The notes under the pieces: model-generated | What the model was told of the DNA's origin: nothing | The model's database searches: none | Seen by the model: the letters and a program-made list of their open reading frames with translations, nothing else | In this document: one piece after another, positions 57,001-64,000 of the stretch | Layout of the letters: every line of letters starts with the position of its first letter | How positions within the stretch are numbered: position 1 is the first letter of the stretch | Program-made: the position numbers and the translations under genes | NCBI GenBank assembly: GCA_039193795.1 | Contig: JBCCWI010000005.1 | Location: 3,657-67,656 of the forward strand | Direction: 5' to 3' | Length of the DNA: 64,000 nt | From: Actinomycetota bacterium | Lineage (GTDB): Bacteria > Actinomycetota > Acidimicrobiia > Acidimicrobiales > Aldehydirespiratoraceae

Positions 57001-57730
57001 CCGAGGGGCGCGGATCCCAGCTCTTGTCGAGCCGACCGGTCACCGCGTCGATGCGGGCGGTGCGGTAGCGGCCGTGGGCGAACTGGTCGTCGACGAGGCG
57101 GTTGTAGTCACCGACGACGTAGATCTCGTCGCCCACCACCTCGAGGTCGCGGACCGAGGCCTCGAAGTTCGAACCCACGTTGGCGATCGACGCCTGGAAG
57201 GTCGGATCGATCGCGCCGGTGATCGGGTCGAGTGCGACCAGGCCTTCGCGGGAGGTCCCGTTGACCGAGTCGAACTCGCCGCCCACGATCAGCTTGCCGT
57301 CGTGCACGTCGAGCGCCCAGACGGCGTCGTCGAAGGTCGGGCGCCAGGTGTCGATGAAGTCGTTGTTCTCGAGGTCGTACGCGGCGATGAAGGGCTGGGC
57401 GTGGGTCGTCGCGCCGGCGAAGGGGCGCTCGGAGACGGTCGTGAACGACCCGCCGACGAAGATGCGCTCACCGACCTGGGCGAAGGCGTGGACCTGCCAG
57501 TCCTGCCCGACCGACGGGGGGACCCGTCCCTGGACCCCGCCACCCGGGATCGGATCGACACCGAGGATGTCGGGGTTCACCGGGCTGGCCGGTGCCGCAC
57601 CCGGCGCCGCTGCTTGGGCGACGCCGGCGATCGCTGCGATCGAGGCCGCCACGACCGCCAGTACGAGGAATGCCTCAGCGATCCCTCGACCCGAACGGGC
57701 GCGGGGGATCGATCGAGTTGTTGGTCGCAT
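54047..57730 (-). CDS. Large secreted protein: beta-propeller, FN3, thrombospondin type 3-like Ca-binding repeats, three C-terminal FN3-like domains
   Basis: Signal peptide ending AQA; repeated xxVGGxF blades; DxDGDG repeats; repeated YQVRAQ FN3 motifs. Confidence 0.85.
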   Translation of the reverse strand: MRPTTRSIPRARSGRGIAEAFLVLAVVAASIAAIAGVAQAAAPGAAPASPVNPDILGVDPIPGGGVQGRVPPSVGQDWQVHAFAQVGERIFVGGSFTTVSERPFAGATTHAQPFIAAYDLENNDFIDTWRPTFDDAVWALDVHDGKLIVGGEFDSVNGTSREGLVALDPITGAIDPTFQASIANVGSNFEASVRDLEVVGDEIYVVGDYNRLVDDQFAHGRYRTARIDAVTGRLDKSWDPRPSGGGVFDVSVDPARAQVILTGSFTSVNASASTRTAAIVSLNDGSTVPGYPISLNGNWSRTYASVVVGDQYWLGGEQHYLQFRNADSWADEGCVATGFITVFADCSSGSWRGGNNHGGDFQVGEMLSSDVVLFGCHCRGSYWNSTNGEDWDLDDRGGVILYRPDGSEWNWLPNMRFWNEGPYAAYADTRGCVYIGGDFTGDVDGFGRFCPVISQVENLTHTVQGATVALSWDAPADLGPGVLRYDIVRDGVVIGSTTQTSFDDTPPPDQSFAYRVSAVPVGYSTGQSSQPILVNTTGDFDGDGIPDNVDPDDDNDGVDDVNDAFPYDPNESADTDGDGVGDNADVFPNDPNESADTDGDGVGDNGDAFPNDPGETADTDGDGVGDNADVFPNDPNESADADGDGVGDNADVDGDNDGLVDIADDPVAIAAVDTWPLVSASASVDGDDVTWNGGTRTWQAWVNSDRFSTYGIPPGTDFSLSFEVDHVPDLEYVMFGLGDVESNGDFSDIDHAIYLARGTIQIYESGTGQGNFITYAQGSRLSIEVIGTTLVYSLDGVVLRTVNVAAGVDWYVDSSAYGEWVAALGDVTITPIPPNNPDPDNDGLPNRLDLDSDGDGIADVIEIGLADADGDFQVDSLGLQGTVTTAPDSDGDGDPDHVDLDSDDDGTFDIVGTAYAALDTNNDGRVDGSDAEGGTDANGNGVDDAIEFGVAPPFGTPGNVELATNGADTVSIEWDPVGDVKGYLIHRDFQFLKWLPAGTTQWDDTGVVAGETYAYQVRAQAPDNSYSAPSPVQTITVGDNDPLPPFGTPANVVLATNGVDEVTVTWERVADVKGYVIHRDFQFVRFVPLTESSWIDTNVVQGEAYRYQVRAQAQDNSYSAPSPIQAITVSNGGPDVTPPNTPANAAAVLSGAGDEATVTWDAAIDDVGVTGYLIHRNWQFVAFLPANQLTFVDVGLDPGTRYRYQVRAQDAAGNNSAPTGLLVVDTP
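55775..56045 (-). repeat. Intragenic 66-bp tandem repeat, about 4 copies
   Basis: Encodes DNADVFPNDPNESADTDGDGVG units; gacgtcggcgttgtcc recurs at 55775 and 55841. Confidence 0.85.
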
Positions 57731-57960
57731 GGGGTCCCTCCACGAACGCCATCACCGGAGTTGTGCTCAGACGGTAGCCACGGCCGATCACACAGCGCAT
57801 GATCCAAACCGCCCATTCCCACCGCCCGTGATCACCGTCCTAGCGGGTGGGCGGCGCCGAGACAACGGTTCGGCCCGCTTGTTCACCTGTCTGTCATGGT
57901 CGCAGCGGCGCCGACGGCGGTTGGGGGGAGTTAGCCGGTTGACCAACTAGCCTTCGGCCC

Positions 57961-59817
57961 ATGCCCGAGCTTCGCAGCACGACGACGACCCAGGGACGCA
58001 ACATGGCCGGCGCCCGCGCGCTGTGGCGCGCGACCGGCATGACCGACGACGACTTCGAGAAGCCGATCATCGCGGTGTCGAACTCGTTCACCCAGTTCGT
58101 GCCCGGCCACGTGCACCTCAAGGACCTCGGGCAGCTCGTCTGCCGAGAGATCGAGGCCGCCGGCGGTGTCGCCAAGGAGTTCAACACGATCGCCGTCGAC
58201 GACGGCATCGCGATGGGTCACGACGGCATGCTCTACAGCCTCCCGAGCCGCGACCTGATCGCCGACTCGGTCGAGTACATGGTCAACGCCCACTGCGCCG
58301 ACGCGCTCGTGTGCATCTCCAACTGCGACAAGATCACCCCCGGCATGTTGATGGCGACGATGCGTCTCAACATCCCGACCATCTTCGTCACCGGCGGCCC
58401 GATGGAGGCAGGCAAGACCCGCCTCGCCGGGGTCGAGGTCAAGCTCGACCTCATCGATCCGATGATCAAGGCCGGCGACAAGAGTGTCAGCGACGAAGAC
58501 GTGCTCGAGATGGAACGCTCGGCCTGCCCGACCTGCGGCTCCTGCTCGGGCATGTTCACCGCCAACTCGATGAACTGTCTCGCCGAGGCGCTCGGGCTGG
58601 CCCTGCCCGGCAACGGCACCGTCGTCGCCACCCACAGCGATCGCGAGCAACTGTTCCTCCAGGCCGGCCGCACGGTGGTCGACCTGGCGAAGCGCTACTA
58701 CCACAAGGACGACGAGTCGGTCCTTCCTCGCAACATCTGCACCAAGGAGGCGTTCGAGAACGCGATGACCCTCGACATCGCGATGGGCGGCTCGACCAAC
58801 ACGGTGCTGCACATCCTCGCCGCCGCCCGCGAGGCCGGGGTCGACTTCACGATGAACGACATCGATCGCCTCAGCCGCGTGTCGCCGTCGATCTGCAAGG
58901 TCGCTCCGGCGACGGAGACCTACCACATCGAAGACGTGCATCGAGCCGGCGGCATCATGGGGATCCTCGGCGAACTCGATCGCGGCGGCCTGCTCCACAC
59001 CGACATCCCGACCGTGCACGCCGACACGATGGCCGATGCCCTCGACCGGTGGGACGTCGCCCGCGACCCTTCGGCCGAGGTCCAGGAGTTCTACCGGGCG
59101 GGCCCGGCCGGTATCCGCACGACCGTCGCCTTCAGCCAGAGCACCCGATGGGACAGCCTCGACCTCGATCGCGAACACGGCTGCATCCGCAGCGTCCCGA
59201 ACGCCTACTTCCAGGACGGCGGCCTCGCCGTGCTGTTCGGCAACATCGCCGAGAACGGCTGCATCGTGAAGACCGCCGGCGTCGACGAGGAGATCTTCAC
59301 CTTCTCGGGCCCGGCGCGGGTCTTCGAATCCCAGGACTCGGCCTGCGACGGCATCCTCGACGAGTCCCACATCCAGGCCGGCGACGTCGTCGTGATCCGC
59401 TACGAGGGCCCGAAGGGCGGCCCCGGCATGCAGGAGATGCTGTACCCGACCAGCTACATCAAGTCGCGTGGGCTCGGGAAGGAGTGTGCGCTGCTGACCG
59501 ACGGTCGCTTCTCGGGCGGCACGTCGGGACTCTCGATCGGCCACGCCTCGCCCGAGGCGGCCGAGGGCGGAGCGATCGCCCTGATCGAAGAGGGCGACAT
59601 CGTCGACATCGACATCCCGAACCGCACGATCAACATCCGGGTCAGCGACGAGGTCATCGCCGAGCGTCGGGCCGCGATGGAGGCCCGAAGCGCCCACGCG
59701 TGGAAGCCCGCCGAGGACCGACCCCGCAAGGTGTCCGCGGCCCTGTGGGCCTACGCGGCCATGACGACCAGCGCCGACAAGGGCGCGGTGCGAGACATCA
59801 CCCAGATCCAACGCTGA
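57961..59817 (+). CDS. ilvD: Dihydroxy-acid dehydratase
   Basis: [47 protein letters not shown] and TDGRFSGG. Confidence 0.98.
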   Translation: MPELRSTTTTQGRNMAGARALWRATGMTDDDFEKPIIAVSNSFTQFVPGHVHLKDLGQLVCREIEAAGGVAKEFNTIAVDDGIAMGHDGMLYSLPSRDLIADSVEYMVNAHCADALVCISNCDKITPGMLMATMRLNIPTIFVTGGPMEAGKTRLAGVEVKLDLIDPMIKAGDKSVSDEDVLEMERSACPTCGSCSGMFTANSMNCLAEALGLALPGNGTVVATHSDREQLFLQAGRTVVDLAKRYYHKDDESVLPRNICTKEAFENAMTLDIAMGGSTNTVLHILAAAREAGVDFTMNDIDRLSRVSPSICKVAPATETYHIEDVHRAGGIMGILGELDRGGLLHTDIPTVHADTMADALDRWDVARDPSAEVQEFYRAGPAGIRTTVAFSQSTRWDSLDLDREHGCIRSVPNAYFQDGGLAVLFGNIAENGCIVKTAGVDEEIFTFSGPARVFESQDSACDGILDESHIQAGDVVVIRYEGPKGGPGMQEMLYPTSYIKSRGLGKECALLTDGRFSGGTSGLSIGHASPEAAEGGAIALIEEGDIVDIDIPNRTINIRVSDEVIAERRAAMEARSAHAWKPAEDRPRKVSAALWAYAAMTTSADKGAVRDITQIQR

Positions 59818-59867
59818 CCACCGACCCGACCGCCGACATCCGAACCCGAGAACCGACTGCTGAGAAG

Positions 59868-60416
59868 ATGAACGAGAACGAGCCCAAAGAACCGGTGCGA
59901 GGTCCCGACGCCGTCCGCAAGAGCCTGATCGATGCCGCCGTGCAACTGATGGCGATGCGCTCGCCGCGTCAGATCTCGGGCCGCGAACTCGCGAAGCACG
60001 CCGGCGTGAACTACGGCTTGATCCACCACTACTTCGGCAGCAAGGACGCCGTGTTCGCCGAGGCGGTCAGCGTCGCGACCGAGGAGATGGGCCAGCGCTG
60101 GGACGAGGACGGCATCTTGCCGGTCAACACCAGCGACGACGCCGGCAGCTACCGCACATTCGCCAAGCTCGAACTCGACGAGGCCCGATCCCCGATGACC
60201 GACCTGATGCACCGAATCGTCCGGGGCCAGGCGACCGCCACCGGCCGCGACGAGAACGACCCCGACCTGTTGGCCGAGGTCGCGCTGTGCGCTGCGCTGC
60301 AGTTCGGATGGGGCGCCTTCGAGGAGGAGATCGTCGCCGGGCTGCACGACTTCGGGGTCGAACGCGACGCCCTCCGCGAGCGGGTGTCCGCACTGTCGAT
60401 GCGTCTCGGTTCGTGA
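59868..60416 (+). CDS. TetR/AcrR family regulator
   Basis: RELAKHAGVNYGLIHHYFGSK. ATG at 59868. Confidence 0.88.
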   Translation: MNENEPKEPVRGPDAVRKSLIDAAVQLMAMRSPRQISGRELAKHAGVNYGLIHHYFGSKDAVFAEAVSVATEEMGQRWDEDGILPVNTSDDAGSYRTFAKLELDEARSPMTDLMHRIVRGQATATGRDENDPDLLAEVALCAALQFGWGAFEEEIVAGLHDFGVERDALRERVSALSMRLGS

Positions 60417-61675
60417 CCGACGTGCGCTCGCGGAGCGCCCGGTCCGAAGCGCTCGTCGTCGCCTACCTCGGATTCATCGGGGCCCTGCTGGCGTTCGGCA
60501 TCGACACGGCGCTGCCCGCCTTCGACGAGATCCGCGACGAGTTCGACCTCGCCGACGGCAGCGGCGAGGTCAGCCTCATCGTCACCGCCTACTTCCTCGG
60601 GATGGCCGTCGGTCAGCTCCCGGTCGGCCCGCTCTCCGATCGGTTCGGCCGCCGTCCGATCCTCCTCGGCTCGCTCGCGCTCTACATCCTGGGCGCCATC
60701 GGTGCGACGGTCGCCGGCGACTTCACGACGGTCCTGATCTCCCGCTTCGTGTGGGGCATCGGCGCCTCGGGACCGGCGGTGATCTCCTACGCGATCGCTC
60801 GGGATCTGTACGAGGGCGATCAGATGGCCCGCGTGTTGTCGCTGGTGATGGCGGTCTTCCTCGTCGGACCGACCGTCGCCCCGCTGATCGGCGAGGGGCT
60901 CATCGCCGTTCTGCCCTGGCAGGCGGTCTTCGGCGGAGCCGCCGTGCTCGCGGCGGTCGGGATGGCGTGGACGCTCCGATTCGACGAGTCGCTGCCTCCC
61001 GAGAAGCGGCGCCCGATCCAGCCGGCGTCGATCGGCCGGGCGATCCGCACGACCCTCACCCACCGGGCGTCGACCGGCTACCTCGCCGCGATGACCTTCA
61101 GCTACGGCGCGTTCTTCGTGTTCCTCGGCAGCTCCCAGCCGATCGTCGACGAGGTCTATGGCCGACCGGAGTGGTTCGCCGCCACCTTCGCTGCCGTTTC
61201 GGCGGTCCAGGGCATCTCGGTCTGGCGGGTCAGCCGGATCGTCGAACGGGTCGGTACGGCCCGCGTCGCCCGCATCGCCTACGTCACCAATCTCGGCGCC
61301 TACGTGTTGCTCACCATCGCCACGCTCCTGGCCGACGGCGTGCCGGGCTTCGCCGTGTGGGCGGTGCTGATCGCGCTCGCGTCGACGGCGGGCACGATCG
61401 TGTCGACCGCGGCGGTCTCGCTCAACCTCCAACCGATGGAGCGCATCGCCGGAACCGCGGCGGCCGTGCGCGGCGTCGCGACCCTCGGGCTCGGGTCGAT
61501 CCTGGCGTCGCTGATCGACCGGCAGATCGACGACACGATCACGCCGATGGCCATCGGCGGCCTCGTCTACTGCGCGATCGGGCTCGTGATCCTCCTGTGG
61601 GCCGAGGGCGGCTCACTCGAGGTCGTCGATCCCGACCGCGGCCGCCACACCCCCGGTGCCCACTCACCCGCCTAG
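60413..61675 (+). CDS. Bcr/CflA-type MFS efflux transporter
   Basis: IDTALPAF, GPLSDRFGRRP, AIARDLYEG and GPTVAPLIG. GTG overlaps the TetR stop. Confidence 0.9.
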   Translation: MTDVRSRSARSEALVVAYLGFIGALLAFGIDTALPAFDEIRDEFDLADGSGEVSLIVTAYFLGMAVGQLPVGPLSDRFGRRPILLGSLALYILGAIGATVAGDFTTVLISRFVWGIGASGPAVISYAIARDLYEGDQMARVLSLVMAVFLVGPTVAPLIGEGLIAVLPWQAVFGGAAVLAAVGMAWTLRFDESLPPEKRRPIQPASIGRAIRTTLTHRASTGYLAAMTFSYGAFFVFLGSSQPIVDEVYGRPEWFAATFAAVSAVQGISVWRVSRIVERVGTARVARIAYVTNLGAYVLLTIATLLADGVPGFAVWAVLIALASTAGTIVSTAAVSLNLQPMERIAGTAAAVRGVATLGLGSILASLIDRQIDDTITPMAIGGLVYCAIGLVILLWAEGGSLEVVDPDRGRHTPGAHSPA

Positions 61676-61684
61676 GGTCCGGCC

Positions 61685-62971
61685 ATGGCCATCCTGATCG
61701 CGACCGTGCTCTGCCTGCTCCTGGCGGGGTGGACCGATCGCCGCCGTCGCATCTACGCCGACCTCGAGACGATCCCGGCCGCCGCCGTCTACGCGGGCCG
61801 CAACGAGGTCAAGGGCCGCGCCTGGCACCCCCGCCCCACCCTCTCGCACCACTCGCGCACCCCGTGCGTCGAATGGGTGTACGAGCTCGACGAGGAGCGT
61901 CGCAAGACGACGACCGACAGCGAGGGAAAGAAGACGACGACCACGTTCTGGGAGACGATCGAGCGCGAGGAGGGCGGACGTCCCCACTTCGAACTGGTCG
62001 ACGACTCGGGCTCGGTGCGGGTCGTGATCGAGGAGGCGACGGTCAGCCATCGCCAACTGATGAGCGAGACCTTCGAGGTCGACGACCCCCGCGGCTTCTT
62101 CGAGAAGATGTTCTCGTTCGGCCCGAACCGGACGGGTCGCTATCGCCGCACCGAGACCGGCGTCGCGATCGGCGACGACGTGTTCGTGTCCGGCGAGGCG
62201 TCGCTGCGCGACGACGTCGTCGAGCCGCAGATCTCCCACGGGCGACCCTTCCTCGTCTCGACCCGATCCGAGGACTCCCACCGCAACTGGCTCGGGTTCT
62301 TCACCGGATTCCTGCTCGTCGTCGCCGTGGTCACCGCTGGGGTCGCCGGCAACGCGATCGACGCGGCGTGGGGCATCCCCGTCTTCGTCGGGGTGACCGT
62401 CGCGCTGATCCTGTCGGGGTTGTTGATCAGCCTGTACAACCGACTCCAGCACCAGGTGCAGTCGGCGGCGCGGGCTTGGAGCCTCATCGACGTCCAGCTG
62501 GCCCGCCGTCACGACCTGATCCCACGCCTCGCGACCGTCGCGAAGGGCCTCGCCGACCACGAACGGGTGCTGCTCGAGAGTCTCTCGATCGCCCGTACCT
62601 CCCTCGCCGGACAACCCCCCACCGACGAGACCGTGGCCCGGGCCGACCACGAAGCCGCCGAGCAGACCGAACGCATCCGCCAGCTCCTGATCGTGATCGA
62701 GGCCTACCCGGACCTGAAGGCCGACCAGGCGATGCTCGAGGTGCAGCGCCAGATCGCGGATTCGGAGAACCGCATCGCCTGCACCCGGGGCTTCTACAAC
62801 GACAGTGTCACGCTGCTTCGGTCCCAGCGCCAGACGTTCCCCGGCGTGCTGGTCGCCCGGGTCGCCGATCGCCGGCGCTTCGCCCTCTTCACCGCCGACG
62901 GCTTCGAGCGGACCGTGCCGACCATCGACTTCGATTGGAACGTCGGGCGCGAGGACACCGGTCAGGACTGA
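61685..62971 (+). CDS. LemA family protein with N-terminal GIDE-like domain
   Basis: C-terminal YNRL..AWSLIDVQLARRHDLIP, EAYPDLKAD and ENRIA..R.FYN; N-terminal PCVEWVYE..W..I..FELVDDSG. Confidence 0.82.
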   Translation: MAILIATVLCLLLAGWTDRRRRIYADLETIPAAAVYAGRNEVKGRAWHPRPTLSHHSRTPCVEWVYELDEERRKTTTDSEGKKTTTTFWETIEREEGGRPHFELVDDSGSVRVVIEEATVSHRQLMSETFEVDDPRGFFEKMFSFGPNRTGRYRRTETGVAIGDDVFVSGEASLRDDVVEPQISHGRPFLVSTRSEDSHRNWLGFFTGFLLVVAVVTAGVAGNAIDAAWGIPVFVGVTVALILSGLLISLYNRLQHQVQSAARAWSLIDVQLARRHDLIPRLATVAKGLADHERVLLESLSIARTSLAGQPPTDETVARADHEAAEQTERIRQLLIVIEAYPDLKADQAMLEVQRQIADSENRIACTRGFYNDSVTLLRSQRQTFPGVLVARVADRRRFALFTADGFERTVPTIDFDWNVGREDTGQD

Positions 62972-63007
62972 CCCGACGGGCGCTTCGGCGTCGTACGCCG
63001 TCGCTGC

Positions 63008-63769
63008 TCAGCGTGGACCGATGTCGAACCACTCGGCGAGGGTGTCATCCCAGGCCGACTCGGCGACCGGTGTCTCGACCGTGTCGCCACCACGACGGAC
63101 CTTCAGCCGATCGGCGAGCAGGGTGACCCGATCGGCACCATCGCCGAGGAGCCGGGTCGCGAACGGCCACCGTTGCCAGTGGGCGTCGGCATCGTCGTAG
63201 AGCCGGCGACTGGCGGTCGCGAACTGGTCGAGCTCATGCGCCACCCGTTTGAAGCGGTACTTCGCCGCCGGAAGCCCGTCCTCGATCTCGGTCAGCGTCG
63301 TCCCCTGAGGGCTCGGCACGAACTGGTACTCGGACGCGCCGCCGTCCTGGGGTTCGCCGCTCGACAGATCGAGCGGGCGGATGAACGAGTCCCCGAAACC
63401 GACGTCGACCAGGTACGGCCGATCCAGTTGAACCTCGACGGCGAGGTGGTCGACGACGGTGTTGGGACCGTCGAGCAGAACCGCCGCCCCGAGACGACGA
63501 ACCGCGAACCCGAGCTGCTCGAGGAGCCACGCGAACCCCCCGTTCGCTTCGAAGCACCAGCCGCCCCGACCGCGATCGACGATCTTGTCGAGGATCGCCT
63601 CCTGGTCGACGGTCACCGGCACGCGGCGGTACACGTCGAGGTTCTCGAACGGCACGGCGACCAGGTGGGCGTGCTGCAGGGCCGCGAGCGCGCCGACGTC
63701 GAGCTGCGCCGGCCGCTCGACGCCGAGCCGGGTCAGGTACGCATCGACACGACTCACGAGGTGGGCCAC
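63008..63769 (-). CDS. Arylamine N-acetyltransferase
   Basis: VPFENLD, RGGWCFEAN, DHL and LVDVGFG (Cys-His-Asp triad). Confidence 0.93.
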   Translation of the reverse strand: MAHLVSRVDAYLTRLGVERPAQLDVGALAALQHAHLVAVPFENLDVYRRVPVTVDQEAILDKIVDRGRGGWCFEANGGFAWLLEQLGFAVRRLGAAVLLDGPNTVVDHLAVEVQLDRPYLVDVGFGDSFIRPLDLSSGEPQDGGASEYQFVPSPQGTTLTEIEDGLPAAKYRFKRVAHELDQFATASRRLYDDADAHWQRWPFATRLLGDGADRVTLLADRLKVRRGGDTVETPVAESAWDDTLAEWFDIGPR

Positions 63770-64000
63770 ACTCGGGCTCGACGATGCGCTTCACCCCGAC
63801 GATCTCTGCCCTGACGCACTCTCCGATCGGTGCGGCCCACGCCCTGCTCGCTCATCGGGTGAATGATCGGCCGCTGCTCGATCTCTCGCAAGCAGCGCCG
63901 TCGTACGCGCCACCACCCGTCGTGCTCGAGGCCGTCGCTCGCGGCACCTCGGATCGGATCACGACGGGCTACGCCCCCCAACCCGGCCTCCCCGCCCTGC

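Noticed and set aside
57931-59811. 626-aa ORF antisense to ilvD, and many similar long antisense or alternate-frame ORFs (5036..7207, 56348..57802, 60751..63126)
   Set aside because: Shadow ORFs expected at this GC content; they have no motifs and fully overlap well-supported genes.
63770-64000. Short ORFs at the right window edge
   Set aside because: No motifs or coding signature; too little context to call.

Overview
A very GC-rich, gene-dense actinobacterial segment (Acidimicrobiia-like; the taxon is inferred from composition and gene style) with about 57 CDSs. I found no rRNA, tRNA, CRISPR array or mobile element. The main blocks are: (1) 1-15.9 kb, a divergent cobalamin biosynthesis cluster with a cobalamin riboswitch on the cobQ-cobN-chelatase arm and a ribbon-helix-helix DNA-binding domain fused to the precorrin-2 methyltransferase on the other arm, preceded by a direct repeat; (2) 16-18 kb, an ECF42-type sigma/YciI/SRPBCC module with a matching promoter; (3) 18-27.5 kb, ltaE, an ECF sigma with a membrane partner, a TPR-sulfotransferase, and a MarR operon with two 2-oxoglutarate dioxygenases flanking an unknown protein; (4) 27.5-47.3 kb, an expanded LacI-controlled inositol (iol) catabolic cluster with a MocD-MocE fusion, two IolB paralogs, a LacD-type aldolase and an 843-aa ABC permease; (5) 47.3-50 kb, an active trypsin-like lipoprotein, a P450 and an apparently dead protease paralog; (6) 50-64 kb, ROK kinase, stand-alone LigD-type polymerase, MFS, a large secreted FN3/TSP3-repeat protein, ilvD, TetR-MFS, a GIDE-LemA fusion and an arylamine N-acetyltransferase. 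All calls come from motif recognition by eye, not database searches, and several start codons are my own choice within longer ORFs.
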